A DNA stretch of 63,400 bases, the filler included, from Reticulomyxa filosa (lineage: Eukaryota > Protista > Foraminifera): the NCBI GenBank assembly GCA_000512085.1. It is 15 parts of 15 records of this genome, joined end to end, with 100 filler letters (N's around TTAATTAATTAA, not from the genome) between each part and the next. Parts side by side here need not be neighbours in the genome. Positions count along the whole stretch, not along the records: positions 51,391 to 59,838 come from ASPP01007712.1; positions 59,939 to 61,626 come from ASPP01010102.1; positions 61,727 to 63,400 come from ASPP01026681.1; 12 more parts are not named here. One strand, given 5' to 3'. The notes beneath the pieces were generated by a model that saw nothing but the letters and a program-made list of their open reading frames with translations, ran no database searches and had not been told where the DNA came from. Position numbers and translations under genes: made by a program. Shown piece by piece: positions 52,705-63,400 of the stretch; positions within the stretch are counted from its first letter, which is position 1, and each line of letters starts with the position of its first letter.

Positions 52705-54163
52705 TCAATTGTACCATTTCAATTTTTCCAAGCCCATATCTTCGTTCCACTTCCATTCATATTCAGCATGATCAGGATCAAAGAGTCCCTGGTGCAAATA
52801 AATCAATTTTAATGTAAACCTGGGCCCAAGTTCTTGAATTTCAACATCCTTGCCCTCTTCATAAAACATATAGCGATGTCTGCGGAAAAACACAAAATCT
52901 CGTTGATTTCTGAATGTGACCACTTGTCGACCACGAAACTCTGCTTTTTGATCAAACAATGTGGCTAGCATACGACCCAATCGAACACCCAACCTCGTGC
53001 TAAAATTTGACAATATCAACTCTGGTCGGTGGGCCGTAGACACACTGCCATGACTAAAAAAAAATAAAGAAAAAAGTTATAATAAATAAATGTAAATATA
53101 AGGTATAAATATTTATATTCACAGCATATGTGACAAATACACGATTCAAAAAGGCAAGCATACAAAAATTTCTTTGCGTAGTTTGATATTCGTCAATCTA
53201 TAAAATGCAGTGGGACCATTTGGTAACGCGACATGGAGGAGTTTGTCTATCACAAAGTCGAGACAGATATGTATTGGTTGTCCTCTTCCTTCGGTCAAAA
53301 CACTACAACAATGCTACATAAAAACATACGAGGCCCACGGCAATATCCTTTGCCGCCGTTGAAACATTTGTCATCAAAAATTACTATTAGTCCTGTGAAG
53401 TTGCGTTTGATCGCTTGAGCGACAATGGCTTTAATCTGTTGCAATAATTTTTCATTCATGTCATCACATTGAAAGGTGGAGAAGGGGGGGAGGGGGGGGT
53501 TCATAATAAATGTCAAACATATCTAAAAAAAAAAAAAAAAGGGGGAGGGAAGGAAAGGAAAAGTGAAAGGAGATGCATTTATGTGAATCGTTTTGATCAA
53601 TGCTAAAAGTGCATTCTAGAGGAACTTACCGGGAACTTTCTTCGAGGATAATACTTGGCATCGGGAAACACATCCAAAAATTCGTTGACCAATTGGAGTG
53701 ATCTCTACACACCATATACACATGCAAAGCGACAAGGTTAATTGAAAGGTGAAAAGGGGGTCCTTTTTTTTTTTTGAAGAAGAAAAAAAAAATGAACTTT
53801 CATTGGCCGGATACTAGTTGTGATACATATTTTTGGTTTGGCCAATTGACTAAAATGTGCAGAAAATTCGTCCATTTGATGCTCGCCTTCCACCTCTTCA
53901 TCGTAACCTGTTATAGTCGTTTCGTCTGGGACTCTTTTTGATTCTTGGGTTTTTATTTCAAATGGTGCCGCTTTGAAGCCGAATTTTAAGCGTTTCTTCC
54001 GTCTTTTTTGATACAGCTTGTCTTTTGTTTTCGCAATCTCCACCTTTCGCTTTGCCCATACTTGCTTGCGCTTTTCTTTGTTTTTTATGTCTTTTAGTTG
54101 AACTACTCTGCGCTGACGACGAACCCCCAAAACCATGGAAGTTTTGAATTTTGCTTTTGGCAT
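52705..54163 (-). CDS. RPF1: Ribosome production factor 1 (Brix domain)
   Basis: [72 protein letters not shown] and [10 protein letters not shown]. Several introns. Confidence 0.9.
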
Positions 54164-54445
54164 TTTGATGGTGAAATATGAAATGTAAATGTCTCAAAGG
54201 GGTTTATCAAGATTTATTTTAAAAAAATTTTCGTTTTGTATTGAAGGTGTTTCACCAATTCTGAACAAAATTTGTAATAATAGCGAAATACTTTTTTGGT
54301 TCTCAATGGAATTTTTTTTCACAATTTCAAAAAATTTTTGAACTTTAATTAAAAGACAATTATGTGGCCAGGCGTTGTCATAACACAATCATCTATTTTC
54401 TAAAAAGTGCTCCTTCGAAATATCACCGTTAGCACGTTTATAAAA

Positions 54446-56104
54446 ATGTTGCTTGTAAACGGACAAACAGTGATTGGAAGAAAGCAACATTTTAATCAAA
54501 AAAAAAACAAGAGCATAATTCCTCCAAGCAGCAACTCTGTGATGATAACAACAGATGACATCCAAAGAATGCAGGTTATTTGAAAAATAATATTTTAGTT
54601 GCATCTTCCCTTTCTTCCACCAATTTCATTTCCACGCCTTATCACCTCTCACAGACACAGTCAAGATATGCACATGCAGAGAAACAAGAGGGGGCGCATG
54701 TGCAAGAAACACAGCCAGCAACAGTGCCAAAGAGTGAGACAAACACCAAGGCCGATATACGCAAAGCAAGAATTTTAGAAATTGAAAATAAGCGAAGAGA
54801 AATGAATCAGACAAAACGAGAACAAGAAAAAACCTCTAAATCAAAACAAAAAACTGTAAAAAATCCAGTTGAACGGCAACCAATAATCAATCGTAACGAT
54901 ATAAGTGCAATAAACTCAATGGTGCTGTACGCAAAGTGTGCTGCTGTTCGAGAAAGACAAATTGAAGAAAAAAATATGTTGAAGCAACAATATCAAGTAA
55001 GCCAAAAGACGAACCACATACATGAACATTTGCACTTATATTTCTGAGGAACTTGTTAGAAAAAAGCAATTCGATTTTAACGATAAAAACCCTTTCTTTT
55101 TAAAATTTTTATTTACTTTGTACGATAAGCGAGCAGAACAGCAAATGGATGACACAATGGAAATTGAGCGCATAAGCGCGATCAAGAATATGGAATTGGA
55201 ACAACAACGAAAGCAAGAAGCAATAAAAGAAAGTACAAAAGTGCTTTGCCAACAATTGCAGCACAACCAGCTGCATCGATTAGAAGAAAGAGAGCTAAAA
55301 AAAAAAGAATACTTACAATTGAGAAAGAGTATGCAAGAGCAACAAGCAAAAGAAGAAGTGAAAAAACAAAAAAAATCGAAAGAAGTAGAACAGTTTTTGA
55401 GCGATTTTAAGGCATTTAACGCTCAGCTAGTTGAATATCGCAAGAACACAAAAGAAAGAGAAATGCAAGAAGAAAAAAAACGGGAGGAATACTTGACTGA
55501 AAAACAAAAACGTGAGCATGAGTATATGACAAAAAAAGAAAGAAGTAAACAAGAAAGAGAACAACAAGTACAAAAAATTTGTCAAGCACAAATCAATGGA
55601 GGTGTAGCCGCTGAACTAGAAGATATGCGAATACAACGAGCAGAAGAGGAAAAAGAACGAAAATGGCGAGAGCAGCAAATTAAAGAAGCGGGCAAACGGG
55701 CTCAAGTAAAACAAGATATTATTATTGCACATCAGCGCCAAAAACAAGAAAAAGAGGTGCAATTGGCAGAAGAAGAAGCATTAGAAAGGGCTGAATTTGA
55801 AAAAAATGTGAACGCATTCAAAGAACAACAAAACACGTTTTTACTGGAACAAAAAAAACATTTGCAAAAAACTGAGGAATATAAACAATTTCTACAATCC
55901 CAAATGCAACAAAAAGCAAATGCACAAAATCAATCCGAACATAAAGAAAATATATTCCAAGCAGATTCCATGCAACAACAAAAAGCTTGGCTAGAAGACT
56001 ATAAACAACAAAAAATATTAGAGTTACAAAACGCAAAAATACCTTCCAAATATTGGGGACCATTGCAAAAATTCAATGTTATGGACTTAGACAAAGCAGT
56101 GTAG
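54446..56104 (+). CDS. CFAP45: CFAP45/CCDC19-like axonemal coiled-coil protein (TPH domain)
   Basis: NSMVLYAKCAAVRERQIEEK, MEIERISAI, MRIQRAEEEKERKWREQ and terminal KQQKILELQNAKIPSKY match CFAP45 signature segments. Three exons. Confidence 0.75.
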
Positions 56105-56546
56105 CATTTTTAATTACCTGATTTGGTTTGATTGCAAATGTTGTCCAAATCTAAATTTAAATATAGGAAATTGTGACTAGGGATTCATGTTATAAGCCGG
56201 CAATTTTTTTAAAGAAAACAATTGCCATGATAGAAAATTCATGATCATTTGTTTTCAAATCTTTAGTGTTCGATCAAAGTGTTTTTTGAAAAAATGAAAT
56301 GTTTCGAGTTTTTTGTAAATTAAGAAAGAAGCATTAATTAAAGTGATTTGATTATGACTTAAGGAGCATCTCGCACTGTTACAGTATACGTTGTGAGGAA
56401 AATTTTTTGAAATGGTGCAACAAAAATAAAGACGGAATGTTTTGTTAAACTGTGCTACGAGAAGGTGCCTTTAAAAAAAACTAAAAAAAAGAATCTCCAA
56501 CGAGTTCATGCAAATCTTGGAATTAGTTTGAGCATAAAGTATCAAT

Positions 56547-58203
56547 ATGTCGCAGGCCAATGAAATATATGTGCTGCTCATTTTGGGGTTGTTGACATGT
56601 TGTATGTTGATTTTTTCAGCTTCAGTAATAGCGTACTACTGTATCCATGGAGAGAAATTTTACAAAAGAGATCAAAAACTATCAAAATGGAGCTTGTTTG
56701 ATTTTCGAAATTTTAGTTTTTGTCGAAAAATGTTAAAAACCCCTGCTCACGAAGGTGCAAGAAAATAGGACTAATTAAAAATAAAAACCTCACTTCCGTG
56801 CATATATTTTCAAAACAAATAAACAAACCAACAAAAATCCAAAATGAAGACAAAACTGTGAACCTTAAAAAATGTTTGATCTGTAGAGAAAGTATTGCGA
56901 AATAACATTCGAACGTATACAATGATCTGGAACGTGTGGGTATACGTAAGTTTGACAGTGTACTTTACAATGGAATTGATCATAGCAATAATTACAGCAA
57001 CAGTGGACGACGAGAGCCAATTTGCTTCAAATGCAAAGTTGTATAGAGCATGTCAGTCAGTTGGCATCCTTAGATACATGTTTGCGTGGTTCACTGCTTA
57101 TGGAATTCTAGTTTACACTCTTTTTTTTCTTCCTTTCTTGTCAAACGTTTTTATATACAAACATACATATATACAAACTTACATATACATTTACGTATGT
57201 ATATATGTATGTTTGTATATAAAAATGTTTTTTTTTTTTTTTTTTAAATCTGTATACGTGTGAAAGTGATTATTAATTCAAACATTCTTTTTTTTTTTTT
57301 TTTTTTTTGACACGAAAAAAAGTGAAATTATGTGGAATGAAAATAGGAGTATTTTTTGATGCGTGGATTAGATTTACAAATGGCCCGGTCAGACGTGTGG
57401 AAATGGTGGAAAGTTTCGGCATTGATTACGTTTTATTTTACTTGTGTTTTGAACGTAGCATTTTTGGTGATTCTTCCGACGCGTGGTCCAAATGGACATG
57501 GGGACGGTTGCGACAGTAGTCCTCGAAATGAAGCGTTCCGAGAAGCCCAGCTAGCCTTTGAATTGTTTTGGATTTTTCCAATGCTCGTTTCACTCGTGTT
57601 TTTTATTGAACCACTTTATTCATTGCGAAAAGCAATTACCTCTTTGTTTTGTAAAAAAAAAATATAAATATACATGAATATTTATATTTACTTATATTTA
57701 TGTATGTATATACATATATATATATATTTTTTTTTTTGGCAGATGTTCCCCTCTTACTTTTTTTTTTTTTTTTTTTTGAGTGCAGAGGGGAATTCGATGG
57801 TGAAATTGGAGCTGAACAAAAACATTTGAAAAAAGTCGTGAATCGCACAATGTGGAGGTCCTCATTAGTTTCACTTGTTGCAGAGCTGATCTTTGTTATC
57901 TCTGCGGGCATTTTTTTTGGGCATTTGAAAAAAGCTTCCCCTGAGTTTTTGCTTTTGTATGGACTTTCGTTTATTGTGCTGGCTTTGGCTATCAACTTGT
58001 CCTACAGTGACTTCATTGAGCGATGCTGTCCTTGTATGTATTGTCTTGGATCGCAATTGTCCGATGAAGACACAGGTATTCGAAGCGTCTCTGCTGGTAG
58101 CACCATCCGAAGCGACGAAACGTCACCGACCAGTCAAGGCGTTGACATCACTACCCAATTCGGTGATAACGGTGCTGTTCTGGAAGCGGGGAAGACAACC
58201 TAA
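56547..58203 (+). CDS. Multi-pass (about 7 TM) membrane protein, GPCR-like topology
   Basis: About seven hydrophobic helices over ~4 exons, Cys in TM3 and an extracellular loop, a CCPC cluster after the last TM, and a Ser/Thr-rich tail. Confidence 0.55.
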
Positions 58204-58947
58204 CATAGAAATACAGGGAAGGGAAGGAAAGAGGGAGAGGGAGAGAGAGGAGAGGGGCAGGTGAACAGGGTTTGTAATTGTTTGGTGGCTGCTGTCTGTA
58301 TTGAAGACACTAATAGTGTATGCAAAAAAAAAAAAAAAAAAAAAAAAGTGTTGAACAATGTTAAGTCTTCTTATCGTTTCTAAATATTGTTGGTATATTG
58401 CAACCCTCCAAGTGTTTTTTTTTTTCTTGTTACTCATAAAGTAATACTATGATTTCGATATGCTTTTCTCAGCATCTATCAACAACTTTCATTCATTGGA
58501 TATCACGCTTGTCTGAAAGACAGAAATAATCTTCGCTCACTGTTTTTCAACTGAAATTCTTATCAAGCCAAGTGCAAGAACATCATTGGGCGCCAAATCA
58601 AATTCACTTTTTTGCAATATCACATAAAAGATAGCCAATCATTATTTGGTGCGAATTAAAAAAAAAAAAGAATAAAAAACTCGCAAATGTACCATTTTCA
58701 CAAATATATTCTTGCAATAATCGAGTATTAAAAAAAGAAATATAACACAAAAGCGAAGAAGTTGAGCTAACATAGACAAAAGATTGCATCTTGACAAAAT
58801 TTAAAAGTGGTCTATCTTAATTAATACGGATCTGTGTTTGTAAGAAGGTATATTCTTTTCCCTTTTCAGTTAAAAAACAAACAAAAAATGGGCAAGTTTG
58901 TTTTGGTTTTGATATGGGTTCATTAATCATCAGCACATAATCGGCAA

Positions 58948-59824
58948 ATGAGCAAGACAAAAGGCTTAAATCTTGATTATCGGGTATGCGAGAGAGAGAG
59001 AAAAAAAAAAATAGATGAACGAGGTTTTTGCAAAAGCCACAAAACAAAACTTGCGCACTAGATCGGTGACGTTCTGTTGCTTTCGGATGGAGTGGGTGTC
59101 GTGCACTTTGTTGGCAACGTGCATTGGGGTAAGGAAAGAAGGAGAGAAGAGGAATAGGGAGAGGGGGGGGGGTTGACAAAACAGAATTAGCAAGAAAAGC
59201 GAGAGAGAAAACATACTAACAACTCAAAGAGACCTCTCAAAACCAAATTCGAAAAAAAAAAAAAATATGTGTACATATAACTCCTTTTCCAATTTGGTGC
59301 AATGTAACATTTAGACAAGAAGAAATACGTCGGATTGGAACTTTGCGGTTAAGTAATTTTTTTCAAAATGCGAAATGTGTCGTTTACATGCACACCCCAT
59401 TTTTTTTTTTTTTTTTTGAAACATGTAAATTGAACTTTGTCCTCTCCCTCCAAAAAAAAAAAAAAGACCAGTTGGAAAATGGCCATGACGGACTAATCGA
59501 CGGCGTAAGATATTACGCTTGCAAAAGCGGGAAGGGAAGAATGGTCCCAGTTGACTTGGTCGTGAGACAAGTGTTTCCAACAGTTTGATTCACAAACATA
59601 ACACATAGCATATACGTGTATATGTGTGTGTATGTACATACATCTGAAAAATGAAATGAAAAAAAAAAAAAAAAAAGGAGTTGTTGGAAAAAGTGTCACG
59701 ACTGAATCTCGACTTGCAACGGCAGAAAGTATTGGTAACTCAAGCCAACGACCAGGTATCGGACGTGATGTTGACTTGTTCTCGTCTTAAAAATGAGATT
59801 GCGACTGTTAAGTCTCAAAAAAAA
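58948..59824 (+). CDS. CAP-Gly domain + coiled-coil protein, 3' truncated
   Basis: Exons 58948-58983, 59062-59128, 59315-59347, 59467-59582 and 59678-~59824 give IGDVLLLSDGVGVVHFVGNVHWDKKKYVGLELCDQLENGHDGLIDGVRYYACKSGKGRMV, a CAP-Gly domain. Confidence 0.85.
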
Positions 59825-60432
59825 GTTTGTAAAAAAAANNNNNNNNNNNNNNNNNNNNNNNNNNNNNNNNNNNNNNNNNNNNTTAATTAATTAANNNNNN
59901 NNNNNNNNNNNNNNNNNNNNNNNNNNNNNNNNNNNNNNTTGAGAATAGACGTCAAATAGCGTTGAAAATAGCATATTTTGGAAAAATTTTGTTTTGGGAC
60001 TGTCACAAAGCATCAATTTTATTCATGATAATATTGAACGATGAAGAATGAGCTGTTTCACATTACATCTTTGATTTCAACTGCACGTTTTTTGTGCATT
60101 GAACTTTTCAAAATTATAGTGAAATTGATTATAATGAAAGAAATTTGCAATTTACTGAGGTCATTGTCACAACAATGAAAATAAAATTTCGGACAAAACA
60201 TCACATCAACAGGATATTGAAAAAACCAAGACATATCCACAAAATAGACAAGCGTAAACCCAAAAGGGTCAATTGACATCAAAGATAAACAACAAAATAA
60301 GAAAAAAAGATTTCTCCTGAAATCAAGAAATTAACAAAAGGAAAAAAAGAGATCCCTTACAGTAAAATACAATACAATCATTAAATCAAACAACAATGAA
60401 ACCATGCAAAAAACTTTATTCCATGATGGGGG

Positions 60433-61530
60433 TTACTGGGAAGCCTTTTTGTTGTCGACAGCAACTTGGACATATCCTATAGATGTGGCATTTCCTGCGG
60501 ATGTAGTATTTTCTTTAGCTGTGTTATTTCCTGTAGACGCGTTATTTTCCGCAGGTGGATTTGTTGCTTTTAGAGGGTTAGCTTGTTCAGTGTGGCCTGT
60601 CGTGATATCTGCCATTGTCTTTTCTGATTCATTGGTGCGAATTGTTCCAAGGGATGGCATTAATGATCGTGACTTGCTCAAAAATTTGTTCCACACTCCT
60701 TCTTTGTTTTCTCGATCCTTGTAGCACCATGCAATGCCCACAATTAAAGCAACAGCAAAAAGGACACCGAACACAATTCCAACAATCGCTCCTGCTGACA
60801 TTTTTTTTTTCTTGCTGCCTGTTGAATCACGCACGCACACAAAGTTAAAATTTTGTTAAAACACATAAGCAAGAGAACCAAAACTTGAGTTTCCGCCATT
60901 GTATTTGTACGCGTCAGGGTGATAACCTGTAAATACGTATACAAACCAAAAAAAAAATTCCAGGGTGCAGGGGAAAAAAAAAAAAAAGTTCGGAAACAGT
61001 TCTAACTTGTGCAAAAGGTGGTGTTTTGAAGCTTATCGCGATTAATTCCTCCATAAAGACATAATGAATCAACTCCAATAACAATGGAAAACTCAACAAG
61101 TGCAGCAGGCATACTTTCTGTGTGTAGCCATGTCTGATTACATATATCTCCGACGTAAATCATTCCATTCGAGGTTCCGTTTACATTAAGTCCCCCAGCA
61201 ACTAAGAATATACAATTGGACAATCCAACAACTTGTGCCCCACTCAAAGGAACAGGTAGCATCAAATTGGGTAAGTGTTGACAATTGTGACGATCATTTT
61301 TACAAACTTGAATGGAGTCCAAATAGTGTGTTTTGTTGTGTCCACCAACGACAATGATCGAATGGTAAGTATCGTCTCGCATCAAATCACATGCCGCTTC
61401 GGCTGTCGCTATAGCCAAGCTTCCATATTCACATCGGTCATCAGACGAGTTCAGCTCTGCTTGCAATGCGGCAAATGTAGTCACTGGTTTAGTGAAAGTT
61501 TCGTTGTTCATATCAAAGCACTACAGACCT
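60433..61530 (-). CDS. Kelch-repeat single-pass membrane protein, 5' truncated
   Basis: GG-type blades IIVVGGHN, FLVAGGLN and LCLYGGIN; TM helix AGAIVGIVFGVLFAVALIVGIAWCY; short cytosolic tail. Confidence 0.65.
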
Positions 61531-62389
61531 CCCAAAAAAAAACATAACAAACAAAAGTGTACGTTTTTTCGACCAATGCAATAAAAAAAAAAAAAAGGGG
61601 GGAGAGTATTAACTAATATGTTTTTGNNNNNNNNNNNNNNNNNNNNNNNNNNNNNNNNNNNNNNNNNNNNTTAATTAATTAANNNNNNNNNNNNNNNNNN
61701 NNNNNNNNNNNNNNNNNNNNNNNNNNCCCCCCCCATATTTTGCAATATGTCTTTTTTTTTGTTTCTTTTTTTTTTTGTCTTTCCTGTATTCACCTTATCT
61801 CCTCTGTACCTTTCCCCCTGTTTACTTCTTTATGCTACTTTTTTTCGATGTTGTGCAATACTTGTAAAGGTCTATGCTGTCCATTTGTACGCTATTTTGT
61901 ATTTGTTTGAGTGTGTTCTCATCTTTAAGCGACAGAGAATCACACAAGTTATTTTATTGGCGGCATTGGGAATATAAAATAACATAAATGAAGTGTGCTT
62001 GTCTGGTGGTTGCACTTGCTTCCACTTCATCTTTCACACGCTCAAACAAAAACAACCTTTGTTTTTGCATATTATTTCTATGTGTTGAGCTCGTGAAAAT
62101 ATCCTGTTGTTTTGATTTTTTCTTCTGTCTTTCTTATCATTATATAGTGCCATCTTTGGTCATTTGAATTGCCTCGTTGAATAGTGAATACTTGCATATC
62201 TTCTTTCATTTTTGCAGAGAGAGTATTATTTCTAAGAAATTAGCATTTTATCTTTTCACTTGTGAGATGGCTTGGAAAAAGTTACGCCTCGTTGAAGAGT
62301 TCGAACAGAGTCGAAAAAGCAACTTCTAATTTTTTTTAAAACCCCATTGGAGATAAAACAAAGAAATTGACCAAGATTGTAGTTTAATC

Positions 62390-63290
62390 ATGAGATTATT
62401 TTGGTTATGGTATTTCAAAATTAGTTTGATTATATTTTCGTCATTTGGGGCTTTTACACCCGGACAAACCAGTCTTGCCCATTCAGTTGCGAACAACGTC
62501 GCAGCATCCGTGGGAAATGCCATAATAGTTACGGGAAGTTTTATGAATGGCAGTGGTAAGCACGATATTTTTTGTTTTCATTTTTGTTTTTAAGTTGAGG
62601 TTATTGGCACACAGAAGAAAAAAAAATTGAGGTATTTTTTTTTTTTTTTTTTGAGACATTTGTCCATTTATGATAATAAAAACTTGTTTTTGTTGGGTGT
62701 GTATTAGTTGCGACGACGTATATGTACAAGTTAGATGTAAGTAGTGTAACAAGTCAAAACAATGTTAAGCCAGATGCATTAGAATGGGTAGCAATAACAC
62801 CAAGTGACTCAACCAAAATTCAAAACAAGAGTTTTCCAGGTCAAGCGTCAGTGACCATTGGAAACGTACTTTACGTATTTGCTGATAACGCATCATCATG
62901 TTGAGCACTAAAAAATCGGACATACATACACAACATTAAAGATTTTTTTACTTTTCAAATGGAATTAGGTTGCACAGTTTTTTCGTCATTCTTTGCAAAA
63001 AAAAATTATGTGTTTTACGTGTGTGTATGTGTATCACTCACGTGTGAACTTAGTTTTAATATACAATGGCAGTGAAACAACGCCGACGTGGGCAGAGTCG
63101 AGTCAACTCAATGCCAGCGACAATGGCGTGAATTCACTGGAAGGAGCGTGCGTCTCGTACAACTCGGCCCGAGATGTGATTGTTGTGTTCGGAGTGAGTC
63201 AAAATACATCGTATTTGCTAGAGTACACACCAGCGACAAATACATGGGGCACTGCTGCTGTGGAACTGCCATGTAACATCTCTGTTTTTT
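62390..63290 (+). CDS. Secreted Kelch/beta-propeller-like protein, partial
   Basis: Signal-peptide-like N-terminus; blade-like segments AASVGNAIIVTG, SVTIGNVLYVFA and DVIVVFG..LLEYTPATNTW. Confidence 0.5.
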
Positions 63291-63400
63291 TGGAATAATA
63301 TTTTTATTTCATCTTATTAATCTATCGAATACCTTTTTGAATATATGGTTATATCATTCTTTTTTGTTCGAAAGAAGTATATACATATATATATATATAT

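Noticed and set aside
1-63400. CRISPR arrays, rRNA/tRNA genes, transposase or reverse transcriptase
   Set aside because: No repeat-spacer structure, RNA-gene signature or DDE/RT motif was seen by eye. Small ncRNAs could have been missed without covariance-model searches.

Overview
This is eukaryotic, AT-rich, intron-dense protist genomic DNA, not a contiguous locus. It is 15 short contigs joined by 14 identical 100-nt artificial linkers (44 N + TTAATTAATTAA + 44 N). The gene style (expanded WD40, SAM, RING-TRAF, Kelch and multi-pass membrane families, poly-Asn tracts, homopolymer-filled introns) suggests a foraminiferan such as Reticulomyxa filosa; this is inferred, not shown. Recognisable genes: HUWE1/Tom1-like HECT E3, outer-arm (gamma/DNAH5-8 type) axonemal dynein heavy chain, CFAP45-like, importin-5, RPF1, Cid1-family terminal nucleotidyltransferase, PHD-ePHD (BRPF/JADE/Nto1-like) protein, RBR-like E3, tetraspanin, VASt protein, CAP-Gly protein, HAD hydrolase, DOMON protein, C2H2 zinc-finger protein, and a WD40 gene plus a WD40 pseudogene. 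Most interesting observations: (1) a stand-alone nuclear gene encoding only the C-terminal domain of a mitochondrial/bacterial-type ribosomal protein S3; (2) many introns ending in an A-tract instead of a polypyrimidine tract, often with an upstream U-tract; (3) a SAM-capped large helical protein that may be RNF213-like; (4) flagellar genes, including an Arg-to-Phe change at the dynein AAA3 sensor II; (5) a Cys/His-rich insertion in the TUTase. No CRISPR array, rRNA, tRNA or clear mobile element was seen. All family calls come from reading motifs; no searches were run.
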